Notes under the pieces: model-generated | Told to the model about the DNA's origin: nothing | Database searches by the model: none | What the model saw: only the letters and a program-made list of their open reading frames with translations | Source of the DNA: Phyllosticta citribraziliensis | Taxonomy: Eukaryota | DNA: 64,000 bases | Assembly (NCBI RefSeq): GCF_038025025.1 | Contig: NW_027117348.1 | Span: forward strand, 1,488,001 to 1,552,000 | Reading direction: 5' to 3' | Position numbers and translations under genes: made by a program | Shown here: positions 49,334-64,000 of the stretch, in pieces | Numbering within the stretch: the stretch's first letter is position 1 | How the letters are laid out: the number at the start of each line of letters is the position of its first letter

Positions 49334-50110
49334 ATGAAGCTCATCGTCGCCATTCTTTTCGTATGCTACTACGCGCTCTGCGTGGGCGCAGATGAGGAAG
49401 GCTTTTTTGGCGCCACGGGGAAGGAGAGCGGCACTGACTATGGCGAGCGTGGCGATCAGGTCGTTTTGAAGGTGGACGTACGTATGAACCAACTAACCAA
49501 CCAACCACCCACTCCCATCCGTCCGTCCGTCCTTGCTCGCTGGCTGACAACGCGCGTGCGTGACGGCGGGCGACGACAGTGCACGACCGACGCCGACTGC
49601 GCCGGCATTCCGGACAAGAAGAAGAACGGAAAGGGGGCGTGTCAGAATAACGACGCGTACCTGGCGGTGCTGCCGAAAGAGATGCGGCAGGCCGACGCCG
49701 ACTCTCTTGCCTGCGCGTGGGCCAAGGTGCTGGCGGGCAAGTGCAGCGACATTGCGGGCGTGGAAGGGAAGAAGTGCTCTTGTCATGTGCGTCCTGCGTC
49801 CTCCATCTCACCCTCCACACATCAAGTTCTTACTGTACCTGCGTCTCTCCATCCCCCCCTTGCGTGTTTGGTCGCTCGCTGCTCACGCGTCGTCCGTCTC
49901 ACACGCACGCAGGCCCCCGACGACGACGCCTGTACCTACCTCTTCTTGTGCAAAGAGATCGTGGGCGGCTGCGGCCCCGGCAACGATCAGCCCAACTGCT
50001 ACCGGAACCTCGAGCTCAACACCATGTGTGCCTGTCCGCGCAGGTGCGAGAGGGCGCGCGCGGGCTTTCAGCATGGACCCAAGCCAAGCGATGAGTGTTC
50101 GTTCGCCTGA
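49334..50110 (+). CDS. Small secreted Cys-rich protein, family member E (exons 49334-49477, 49580-49786, 49913-50110)
   Basis: MKLIVAILFVCYYALCVGA...QVVLKVD|CTTDADC...GACQNNDAYL...LACAWAKVLAGKC...KCSCH|APDDDACTYLFLC...MCACPRRCERARAGFQHGPKPSDECSFA*. Confidence 0.9.
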   Translation: MKLIVAILFVCYYALCVGADEEGFFGATGKESGTDYGERGDQVVLKVDVRMNQLTNQPPTPIRPSVLARWLTTRVRDGGRRQCTTDADCAGIPDKKKNGKGACQNNDAYLAVLPKEMRQADADSLACAWAKVLAGKCSDIAGVEGKKCSCHVRPASSISPSTHQVLTVPASLHPPLACLVARCSRVVRLTRTQAPDDDACTYLFLCKEIVGGCGPGNDQPNCYRNLELNTMCACPRRCERARAGFQHGPKPSDECSFA

Positions 50111-52596
50111 AGAAGCGCTGCCAGAAGGCCCTTGGGTTGGTGGGAAGGAAATGGAGGAGTCGGGGTTGTTTTGGTTTGGTTTTGATGCGGTGGGGTGGTT
50201 GGGAGGGTAGGAAAGGGGAGGGAGGGGAGGGAAAATGCGAGGGGCTTGAGTGGTCTTGGTCGACGAGTGCAATTGATTCTTGCCGGCCGCAATGGCTTTT
50301 TGGGGGAGGATGTGATGTCGCTGCGTTTGTGTGTCTGTGTTGGTTTGCCGGAAGTGCGATGACAAGCTGGACGACGCTATGGAATATCGAGGACGCGTCC
50401 TCAAAGTGTACTTGGCCTCAATGGGAGCCGTATTGCTGCAGACCTATCAAACCCGACTGCGCGCAGTCACCAAGTGGGTTGGTCGTCAGTCTCAGATCGA
50501 CCGGGAAAGCTCACCTTCAACTGCCTGTCCATACATAAGCAGTAGCCCATTGGCTGGTACCTAGAGCATGGCACATGGGAGGTATTGCGCAATAAAAGCC
50601 GCAGGCGCAGGGCAGAAGAACATGCAGATGCTCGTCATTTCAGCACTAGCAGGTCGGACTGTCGAGAGGTTTTCTGGGCTGTTCCTGAGGCAGAGCCGCA
50701 GCCCAACCGCCACCAGCCACCGCCTTCTCGCCGACTGGGGCGACCCGCGACTCTCTGATACGGCGGTTTGCTCTCAGGCATGAGCAGCCGGCCGGGGCAG
50801 AGTGGTGGTGAAGTGCGCGGCATGCAGACTTGAACAGCCGGCGTCGGGACGAGCTCTGCCGGCGTCTTGTCGCTCGGTCTGGCGCCGCCGCCCAAGGAGG
50901 CTAGGCAGCGAACTAACGTTGCGGCGAGCTGGTGCTTGGGTTGAGTGCAGCAGCTTCGCCGAGCGAGCGGGCGGGCGGGCGGGCGGAAGGGCGGCCTGCA
51001 GCGGCGGGGTGGCGGACGTGCGGCGGAGACATATGCAGCTCATTCACGCGTTCTGCGGGTGCCATGGCACCTACATGCAGCGGCGGCGGCGACGGCGGGA
51101 GAAGGCTTGCTAGAAAGAGAGTCCCAAACGGAAAACGCCTGGACAGAATGGGGGTTCATCGTCGCCGCTACATGTTCTTGGCGGCAGCGGATAGCGCTTG
51201 GTAGTGTCTGTAGCGGGAGTTATCTAGGCCGGTACCTAGCGCGTGGTGTTGAGGTTGAGGGCCGGGAAGACGATACGAAAAGATCCGATGCCGCGACGAA
51301 TGGGTAGATGTGAGAAGAAAAAAAAGTTATTTTAAGCAGAATCTGAATCAAAGGGTTCAAGTTGTTGAGGGCCGGGAGGACGAGCAGCAATGATGCCTGC
51401 GCGGGCGGCTGGATTGACAGACGGTCGGGTATGCAGATGGGTTGGTGGTGAGTTTAGGTGGTCAAGGAGCCAGGGTGCAAGTGGAAGCCGGTGTGTGTGA
51501 TAGATTGACGGATGGACGGCGGTAGAAACGAAAGCGGAGGGGCTGGCGGCGGTGATTAGCGATCTGATGGCGGTGGCGCCGTGGTGGAGTGGTGTCGCGG
51601 CTTCTATCCAATTCGGCGAGGTTGGAGGGCGGAGGGTGAGGAGGGATGGGGCATGTTGGGCGGGCGGGCGGAAGCGACTAGCCAAAGTCAATGGCTTCAG
51701 GTTAGAGGGGCGGGAGAGTCGTCGTGGTTCAACAGGACAGGGTGGAGTTAAGCTTATGTTTTTGGGTTGAGTGGGTCCAGGACGTGTCTCCGCATTGTGG
51801 TGTTGTGCTGCTTGTGCTGTGGTTGTGCAGACAGAGGAGTCGGGATTTGTTTTTCAGCTCATGCGACGGGGCGGGTCGCGGACCAATCAGGTAGGTGGCG
51901 ATGCGGCTCTAGTGGTGGTGTTTGTGTCTGGATTCCGGTTGGGCCACCACTCACCCAAGTGTGCATAATGCATGGCCCTTTTGGTATTTTTGGCGTCGCT
52001 CACCAACACCTCTCATTATTGCCATTGCCAGCCAACACAAGAGAGCCAGTCGAGCATGTAAGCCGTCGCAATGAGCTGGCGGTGCAATGTCCTGTCCTGT
52101 ACATGTATGGGCGTGGGGACAGCAGCACAGCTGAATACGAGCGTCTGAGAGGCAGGCCATCGTCTCCGTATTCTATACACCACCACCGCGACTAAGAATA
52201 GGATGGATGGGATGCATGCAGGGACTCGACCTACTAATGAAGTGAAGTCAACATATGGCACCCCGGAAACCCAGTGGAGTGCACAGCATGCATGCTTGGC
52301 CTGCCTGCCTCTTTGCTCAAAAGCGCCGCGCCCCTTCTTTGCTTCCTGGTCCTCGTTCGCACTCCTCTCCTCACTGTCGCTTGCCCGCCTCGCCTTGCTC
52401 CTACCCTATTCCACTCGCTGAGCCCCGTCCGCCGCCTCTCTGCTTAAATCACCCGCGTCCCATCTCTCTACTCCCTCTCCTCTCTCTCACGCATCCATCC
52501 ATCCATCAATCACTCTCTCGCCGTCACCGACTCCCGTCAACCGACCATCCCGCTATCCACCAACTACTAGCCTGCATTCCACGTCCAACCGTCAAC

Positions 52597-53304
52597 ATGC
52601 GTTTTTCCCTCGCCGCCTTTGCCCTTGCTTCCGTCGCCCTCGTCGCCGCTCAGTCGACGCCCAGTGCTGCTCCAACCGGCGGAGCCTGTGCCGCTCAGAA
52701 GTCAGTCTAGTCCCTGCTGACCACGCCATCTCCACTGACGTTTCGACAGCATTCTCGACACTTGTTTGGCCGGCGAAAAGGCCAAGGCCGACGCCTGCGC
52801 CGGCAATGACTGGCTCTGCCTGTGCGACACTTACAACTCCATCCTGACGTGGGTATCTTCAACTCAACCCAAACGACACAGGCTGACATGTCACAGCTGC
52901 TACAACAACTGCCCCAACGACGCCGCCAGGTCTTCCGTCAACAACCAAGTGACCCAGTTCTGTGGCGCCGCCGCACCGTGCGTATTCCCTTTTTGTCTTC
53001 CCTGCCCAATCCCTGACCCCAGCCTCTTTCACATGAAACACAAAACTAACCTTGGATTCCTCTCAACAGAGCCCTCTCGTCGCGCAGCGAAGCAGCCAAG
53101 ACGGCCCCCAAGACGACGTCGTCCCCTTCGGCCACGGGCACGGGTGCTGCCGCCACTGGCACCAACAAGTCCAACTTCGAGGGCTTCGGCAGCTCGTCGA
53201 CGGGCAGCGCCTCCGGTGCACAGGGAACCGGCGCTGCACTCGCCGTGGGCCAGTTTGCCGGTGGTGCTCTCGCCGCCGTCGGTGTCGTCGTCGGCATGTT
53301 GTAA
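52597..53304 (+). CDS. GPI-anchored Ser/Thr-rich cell-surface protein with a small Cys domain, 4 exons
   Basis: Signal MRFSLAAFALASVALVAA; CAAQN|ILDTC...C.GNDWLCLC...|CYNNCPND...QFC; S/T/G-rich stalk; hydrophobic C-terminus AAVGVVVGML*. Confidence 0.88.
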
Positions 53305-54295
53305 GCGACATCCTTTATCGATGGCTCCTCTCGACGCGACGGCGAATCCCACTGGACGCGGAACACTCGCCGTCTGGCATTGAGAGAAGAAAAAGCTTGG
53401 CCATGTTGTGCGGGTTGCGGGTTGACCCAAAAGGGGAGGTCGTGATGTGATGGTTGAGTGGACGCGGGAAGCCGCGCGCGCTTTTCTGTTTCGAGATTGG
53501 TGCGCCGTGGTTTGATTGGCGGGTTGGAGTCGGTGGCTGGTTGGTGTGTGGTGGGCGCCGCCAGGACGGGTGGGAATGCTGCCGTTGCATGGATGCTCTG
53601 GTGCGGGGAAGCATCTCGTCTTCCCCTGGCAACTCTCGCCATGATTTTTCCTTGCACCCAGCACCCGCGTCAAGCAAGCATGCACCCAGTCCGGCTCGGC
53701 GACATTCTCCTCGTCTGCCAGTCTGGCCCGGCGGCATTCGCATACGGAGCAGCGGTATCTTGGGCAACACATGTCGGTTCGTTGTTGTTTTCCCTCCTAT
53801 TCCTCTCTCTACCTACATCAGTTCTCTCTCATCGGTTGCTGGGTTGTTTTCAAAAAACTATTCGGGTCGGCTGTTTCTGTTTCGTTGTTGTTAATGCTAG
53901 CATGAATCTCTTTTCCCCCCCTCCTCTGTCCTTCGCGCCTACCTACCTATACGCGTCGTGGTTTCTTGTTGTTCAATGCATTGGGTTGGTGTATGGCTGG
54001 CAGACAGACGGCACGTTGGCGGGGAATGAGACTGAAGAGGGTGGCGGCTGGTACGGGTGTGTGGATGGGTATGAGTGAGTGGATGGAGGTCGTAATGCTG
54101 GTACGGTAGTTGTAGCCATTGAGTCTTGTAATAATCTTTTCTCTTCCTCCGTGTCAATGTTGGTGCTTTTTGCCTGGTGGATTGGTCTGGTGTCGTTAGT
54201 CTGGACGTGTTTTGAGATGTGGTGGTGGCCAGCGATTGACTGACAGACTGACCTTGCATCCTGTATCTTGTATCTTGCCAATCATGCTACTTGGC

Positions 54296-54445
54296 TGGTT
54301 GACTGATTTGATTGGACTGATATACTGACTGATTGACTGACTGACTGATTGACTGACTGACTGATTGACTGACTGACTGATTGACTGACTGACTGATTGA
54401 CTGACTGACTGATTGACTGATTGACTGACTGATAGACTGACTTGA
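54296..54445. repeat. GACT/GATT tetranucleotide array with a 16-bp higher-order unit (GATTGACTGACTGACT x5 at 54331-54410)
   Basis: Directly visible. Confidence 0.9.
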
Positions 54446-54529
54446 CTAGCTGATTGAAATACTGACTGGAAGTGAATGATGGTGTATATATACTTTTTCT
54501 TTGCTAAATTGCTCAATCAAGGACTTTTT

Positions 54530-54755
54530 GGTTACTTGCTTGCTTGCTCGCTTGCTTGCTTGCTCGCTTGCTTGCTTGCTGCTGCTGCTGCTGCTGCTGT
54601 ACCACGTATGTACTACTACTATACTACTTACTATACTATACTACACGTCATTTGTGTGTGGTGTGTTGTGTGCGCAAAAGGAGATGATTGTAAAGGAAGA
54701 GGAAGAGGGAGAGGGAGAGGGAGAGGAAGAGGGAGAGGAAGAGGAAGAGGAAGAG
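54530..54755. repeat. Cluster of simple repeats: (GCTT)n, (GCT)n, (TAC)n, (GAGGRA)n
   Basis: Directly visible low-complexity intergenic tract. Confidence 0.8.
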
Positions 54756-55094
54756 CGCTAGCCACCCACGTACCCGCGTACCCACCGATCCGGACGCAGA
54801 AGGAAGACCGACCGACCACCCGACTGAGGAACTGCCGTGAGGGCTGTATGTACGATACTGTACTGTACCGGATGTACAAGATACACCAGATGGAAAAAAA
54901 GAGACAGAGGCAGATAGAGAAGAACCATTGGATGCTGAACACCGAAGGAACGCCGGGAAATGCAGTGAACTGTACATATAGACAGATGGTGGAGGTTTGA
55001 GGAGTAGAGGTAGGAGGGATTTTCGAGATAGGTGGGGAGTTTGAGAGGTAGATGGGTAGGGAGGTAGATAGACACAGGGGTAGAGCAGGTCAGC

Positions 55095-58000
55095 TCACCC
55101 CCCCGAGCTCGTCCACGCCGTCAAGCCGCTCCAGCTCCAGCTGCGGCGGTTGCCACCGTTGCCGTTGACGACGGTGTTGCTGGAGCGGCGGTTGTGCTGC
55201 TGCTGATAATGCTGAGGAGGAGGAGCGGACGTGTCGAGAATGTGCGCAGCCGGCGGTGACGGCATGCCTGCTTCGACGTCTCCTCTGTCAGTCTGATGGT
55301 GGGCTGGCTGAGGCTGAGGCTGAGGCTGGGGATGCGTATCTTGATGGTGGTCCGGCCGCCGCTCCCGACGACAACGCCTCCGCCGCCGCCAGAGCGTCCC
55401 AGCTTCACCACCACCACCACCACCATCACCATCACCGCACCACGGCCACCGCCAGCGCCCGCGCCAGCGCGTCGTCCACGGCGGCGGCGTCCAACCCCCG
55501 GCATAGCTCCACTCGGACCACCTTCGCCAGCTCTTCTCGCCGCCGCTGTCGGGCGACGCCTGCTGCACTTTAAACCGCGCCAGCGCCGTGCCGCTGGGCG
55601 TCAGGGTGGCGTTGGTGCCGGGCGACTCGTCGCGCGCGCCGGCCCGCTCGTACGCTGCGTCATCGTCGTCGTCCTCGTCGTCGTAGAGGTCGAAATTGCG
55701 TGCCGGGGGAGCGGCTTCGCGCGTTGGGGGCGTGGCGGCGGCGGCGGCGCGCCGCAGGTCCCGCTGGCTGGCGCGGTGCTGGGGGAAGGGCGGCTTGGTC
55801 GCGAAGGGGTCGACGACGTCTTTGGCTTTGCGCGTGCTGTTGAGGTAGAGCGGGAAGACGATGCCGGCGACGGCGGCGGCGAGCGGCACGCAGTAGGCGT
55901 AGGGGTAGTCGTACGTGCGGCCGCTGCCGTCATTCAACCGCGGGCTGTTGTGCGCGACAGCGAAATAAATGGGGGGAAAGGCGGCGCCGCCCGAGATGGC
56001 GGCGGCCAGGACGGCGGACGCCGACTTTGCTCTGGCGCCCTGCCCGCGCAGGCACTGCGCGTAGATGAGGCTGAAGATGGGGGCTTCGGCGAAGAAGAGC
56101 AGGACGGCGACCGTGGCGGACGCCGTGGGCGAGGGGTTGCGCAGCGCGACGGCCGACAGGGCGATGAAGGCCGAGAAGCAGAAGAGGAGCAGCTGCCGCG
56201 GCTTGATGGCCGGGATCAGGACGAGGCAGCCGGCTGTGAAGCGCGACACGGCGAACGCGGTGTGGGCGTAGGCCAGGTGGTCGACGGCGTCGAGCGACGG
56301 GAACACGGATCGCACGTACGCGTCGAAGCTGGTGGCGACGCACTCTTGCGCGCCGACGTACGTGAATTGCGCAAAGACGCCAATGGCGAGCGTCAGCGTC
56401 GTCACCTGGACGGTCGAGGACGACGAAAACAGCGAAATCGACTCGTGGTTGGCCAAGTCGGCGCGTTCGGCCGCGTCGTCGAGCTCCGTGTCCGTGGCCT
56501 CGGGGAGCGGGATCCAGTAGTAGGCGACGGCCAGCAGGACCGTGATGAGAGAGATGCCAAGGTACGTCCACTGCACGTCGATGAGCGAGTTGGCGTCGAT
56601 GCTGAAGAGAACCTTGCTGGCCAGAAGCGGCGACACGACGGTGCCAATGGCCTGGACCGACTGCGAGAAATTGAGCCGCGCTTCGGCGTACTGCGGCGGA
56701 CCGCAGAGAATCGTAAACGGGTTGGCAGCCACCTCGAGCGTCGACAGACCGAGGCCGACAATAAAGTTGGAAATGAGAAAGGCGGGATACGACGTGAGGA
56801 CGGCAGACGGCCAGAAAATCAACGTCCCGCACGCGTAGATGCAGAGGCCGACGATATAGCAGGCCTTGAATCCGCACCGCTTCAAGAGAATTCGGCCAAA
56901 CGTCAGAGGCCCGACGAGGTATCCCACGTAGTACATGCTGTGGATGCTAATCGTCTGGCCCCGCGACATGCGTGCAATCGATTGAAACTGCTGGTTAAGA
57001 ATGTCCAACAACCCATACGCAAACCCCCAGACGAAAAAGAGAATCGTGACCATGGAAACGGGAAATATCGACTCCTGAGTCGTCATCTGTACCAGACTCT
57101 TCTTTTGCTTGAACTTTACAAAATCGAAAAAGGTGTGCGTGGGCGCCGCCGTGTGTCGGGTCGAGTTGGTCAGCGCCGTCGTCGTCCGCTCAATCCTGGG
57201 GAGCTCCGTCATGTCGGGCGTGGTCAAAAAGTCAATGGCCCCGACGGGCTCCTCGGGATTGGAGGGCGCTTCAGATTGCGGGAGCTGGGGCGATGCAGAG
57301 TCGGCCACGGACGGCAGTCGTTGGGCATTGGCCATGTCGACATTCGTAAAAGTCTCTCGCCGGTGGGTAAGAGAGTGGACCGTATCGCCAGCGTCGCGGA
57401 GGATGCGCGGAACGAAGCGCGACACGAGGGGCTTCAGAGCAGGAACGCAGCCGCACATGATGCCGACATTGACTTCAATGGCGCTCCACATGAAGGAAAA
57501 GGAAATGTACCAGGAAAAGTCCGTCTCTTCATAGTTGCGCTCATTCCCCGTGTCCTCGTTGTACTGAATCTCGCGCAGGCGGCTTTCCGAGGCCGATTGC
57601 AGGTAGGCGATGCGGACGACGTCGACGGCAGCCACGAAGACGCCAAACCCGAAGGTAATGATGAGAATCGTCTTTTGCTTGGTGGGGAGCCGCATGGACG
57701 TCAAGACGGGCATTGGCAGAAACAAAATGGCGAGGTCGGTGATGATGTTCAGAGGGGACGAGGATAGGAAGAGCGTGACAATGTCTGTACAGTGAGCGTC
57801 GGCCGGGGTGGGATTGGCAAAGGCGGCGCCAACGGGGCGGCATTGAAAGATGTTGAGCAAGGTCAGGGCGACTCCTCCGAGGTTGACGACGGCCAGGGTG
57901 GCAATGACGGCCCATTTGAAGACGCGGTGGCTCTTGGACAGGGTCAGGTAAAAGACCAGAATGGACGTCTTGGTGGCCATCAGGCACGGGTTCTGAAGCC

Positions 58001-58348
58001 CGTCAGCATGCGCGCGGGGGTCTGCAGCAGCGGAAGAGGGCGTACATATAGAGCCTCAAAGGTGTACTCGAGGCGCCGCAGTTTGGGGTCCCAGGACGTG
58101 GGGATGTCGGTCTCATGGCGACCCAGGCCGTAGCGGACTCCGAGGCAAATGGCAAGCGAGATTCCAAAGGCGAGCACCCAGGCCACGACCATGAAGTAGT
58201 CATCCCATCCGGTCCTCTTGACGATGCCGACTCTCGAAGCCAGGCGCAGGACCATGAAGACGGTGGAGCACACAATCATTGCGGTGGTGACGACCAGGAC
58301 GGCCGGGCCGCGGGACTCGACATCATCATGGCCATTGCTGGTCGACAT
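55095..58348 (-). CDS. Fusion of a PTH11-like (fungal rhodopsin-type 7TM) domain and a FucP-like MFS sugar transporter; intron 58045-57993
   Basis: N-half: LRLASR...GWDDYF...YGLGRH, KTSILVFY, IFQCRP, NIITDLAILFLPMP, WSAIEVNVGIMCGCVPALKP. C-half: LFFVWGFAYGLLDILN, GLGLSTLEVAANPF, RLNFSQSVQAIG, QFTYVGAQE and SGGAAFPPI, in one open frame. Confidence 0.9.
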
Positions 58349-61187
58349 GGTGTGGCGCGCTCAACCATTGTCCCAAAGCCGAGGCGCAAAACGCGCCGCC
58401 ACAGAGGCGTGCGCAAAGCGGCAGTGGAGTCGTGTGAGGAGCGAGGGGGGGTTTGCAGACGAGAGAGGGTGAGGGGTTCTCGAGGGGTCGGACAGGGGAG
58501 CGGAGCGGTAGGGGGCGACGTCACTGCGTAACCAGCAACCGACGACCTGAGCGTTTTGGTACCACGGCGGACGGAAACAGAGAAAAGTCGAAGCGGCCGA
58601 GGCGAGAGAGGGCGAGCGAGAGATGGAGTTTTGGGGAGGATGCGCAGGAGGGAAGAGGAATAAGACCCTTGGCTGACCGCCAATCCCCCCAGAGCATTTT
58701 CTTCGTCTTGGACTGGCGGGTGGGGTGCGAAAGCCGGCCCAGGTCGCCTTGCATTGGCCGCAATTGGGTTAGCCATTGTGGAGAGCCTTCAGCCACCACG
58801 TCAGCCCCTAGCAGAGCGAGCGTGCAGTCTGGGGAAGCAAACCCAAAAGCAACAAAGACGACTGGTCCTCCCCGCCGGGAACCCGTTGTCGTGCACCGCA
58901 CCGCACTGCACTGCGTCCCGCCCGCTAGCCCACAGCCCACACGCCTGCTACCTTGTCTCTTCGACCCATTCTACACCGAGTTCGGCCGTTGGTGCAAGAG
59001 ACGCCGTCGCCACCATCACGTAACGTCGTCTTCCTCCACACCCGGCCTAACCCTCTGTCGCAACGTGTCGACGCTTCACCGCCGAGGGGGAGCTGCCGTC
59101 GCCGCCGTGGAGACCAACCACCGCGCTGGCAAACCGGTCAAGAGAATCGCAGGCGCAAAAGAGGAACAAGACGCGCCGCGGTGCGGTCTGAGGGGGAAGT
59201 AGCTCGGGTCATGTTCGCAAATTGGGGCCACGGCAAATCGCGCGGCGGGCCAGACCAGACGACGAGAAGAAAACATCGACCAAGGCCAAGCGTCGGAGCA
59301 CCGAATCAGAACCTACCCACGGCGCTGATGTGCAGGGTCTGACAGGGTTGGACGTGGAAGAGCGTCTGCGGCCTTGCAGTGGTGGTGGTCGTCGTCTCTT
59401 GACGTTGAGACTGGCGCGAGAGACGCTTGCTGCATCGGCTCTGGCGCCTCGTTCGGTCCCAACCATGGCGTCTCTCCAGACGTCCCGGTACCTTGGCTGG
59501 ATCATCGTCTTCCGTTCCTCTGCACCCCTGACGTCACCACCCGCTGCTAATCAGGGAGCTTGAGCATGCGCATCGCGTATCTCGCAGACTAATTAAACCA
59601 GCCATCCATCCCTACGTCACCCTGAGGGAGGAAGCTTACCTGCACCGTCGTGATCTCACAGCTACGACGACAACGATGCCACCACGGTCAACCAATCAAA
59701 CCTGCGAGACCCGTTTCAACCCAAGGAACCCACGTGGAAGCCACCGTTTCATGGATCCATCCATCCATCCACAACGTATAGAACATGCCCTTGTCGATCA
59801 TTTCATCTTCCCACTCCCGTCTCTCGCGAAGCAAAGAAGATAAAGTACCGTAGATTGCGTCCCCTACTCCACGCGAGCGAGAGAGAGCAGGTCCCACTTC
59901 CTTGACCATCCGCGATCCCACACATGTGCTATACTCCCGTCACACCTCAAGTACACTTAATGACTAACACCTGCATCACATCTTCGTCCATATCTCTGCC
60001 CCTCTCCTGCCCCGCACTCCCCCACGCCAGAGACTGCGCCGGCGCGTGCGCGAAGGCATGCGGCGCCAGACAGCAGACACCTACCCTACCCTACCCTACA
60101 TACCCGGCCTGCAGCACCGTGGACGAAGGCCAAGGCATAGACGTAGACGACACGCTGGTTACCTACCTCCCCACGCACTTACCCATCTTCGAAGATAAGA
60201 AAGTTAGCAGCAGCCAGAGGCGGCACAATGGTACCCTCCGGCGCGATACGCCCACGAGGCACTCACTAGCAGCATCAGCATCAGCAACAGCAGACCACCT
60301 AGCGGCAGAACAGCGTAGCAGCAATAGTATCAATAGCACCTCGACGGACAACGAGCAAGAGAGGAAAAAAGAGAACGAGGAGGAATCCCTCACAGACAGA
60401 CGGACAGCAGGAAAGAAAAAGAAAAAGACGGAGAGGAGAAAAAGACAACACCAAAACGATCCAACCCACCCACCCAACCCAACCATCCAACCAACCAATC
60501 GAACGGGAGAAATAGAGTAGTTTCCTTGCTTGCCTTCCTTGCTTGCCTTCCCCATCAACAACAGCGACGATGACGATGACAAGACGGCGAGCACGTGGCT
60601 GGCGTCCTCTGTCTCCCTACTTTCCTTCGTTCCTTCCTTCCATCTTTCTTTCTTTCCAACGACAACAACAACAAACGACGACGACGACGAAAAAACAGTA
60701 GCAGTAGCCCCATCGCTCATCCATCCATCGCATCTTCTACTTCACCCGGTCTCGCCTTTTTTGTATGTGTGTGTACTCACCTCGCCCGTCAATCTGCCAC
60801 CCCCATCCGTGACGACAACGTCAACCACAAAACATCCATCTGCCCGCCCATCCAGCCCATTCCATCGCTGCGCTGCGCTACTTCTCGACCATCCATCCAC
60901 CCACCCAGCCATCATGGTATCGAATCGAAAAAGAGAAAGAGTGAGAGAGAGAATAAAAAGAATGAGAGAAAAGGAAAAAGTCGGGGGAAAAGGGGGGAAG
61001 CGGGGAAAAAAGGGCAAAAAGGACAAATTTGTAGTGTAGTGTAGCGGCCGAACGGCGGCCTGCTTGAGCCAAACCATGAAGCTGCAGTAGCTAGGCCCGG
61101 TCTGACTGACTGACTGACTGATCGAGAATAACAACAACGACAAAACCATCATCCAAAAAGAAAAAGAAAAGGTCCACAACCAGTCTA

Positions 61188-64000
<2,813 letters not shown>

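Noticed and set aside
54296..54445. Regular repeat array as CRISPR-like or telomeric
   Set aside because: Eukaryotic simple repeat with no unique spacers and no TTAGGG units.
55296..57767. 823-aa plus-strand ORF
   Set aside because: Antisense shadow of the GC-rich PTH11/FucP gene, with no recognisable motifs.
58400..61150. Several 100-250 aa ORFs between the fusion gene and RSP5
   Set aside because: Low-complexity intergenic/UTR sequence without coding signatures.

Overview
Intron-rich, GC-rich genomic DNA of a filamentous ascomycete (probably a Dothideomycete; this is inference from gene style). A backbone of housekeeping genes is present: RPS23, IMA1, MRPL40, ALG14, HEM2, an EamA transporter, a carboxylesterase, CIA1, an FMN hydroxy-acid oxidase, PTC2-type PP2C, PCT1, a GPI protein, a PTH11-like/FucP fusion and partial RSP5. 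Two accessory islands interrupt it. Island 1 (about 7.9-16.2 kb) holds an intact NACHT-ankyrin NLR-like gene, an orphan and two small secreted cysteine-rich genes. Island 2 (about 38.5-50.2 kb) holds a divergent GIY-YIG-like nuclease gene, a coiled-coil gene, an AT-hook/Cys-cluster gene, an inverted RIP-like relic and three more cysteine-rich genes. The main hidden system is a five-member (plus one pseudogene) family of three-exon secreted proteins with a fixed 14-Cys scaffold and identical intron positions. Three members share a conserved upstream element, although the two clusters lie 30 kb apart on opposite strands. Splicing hides most of this family from the ORF track. All gene models were spliced by eye and no database searches were run.
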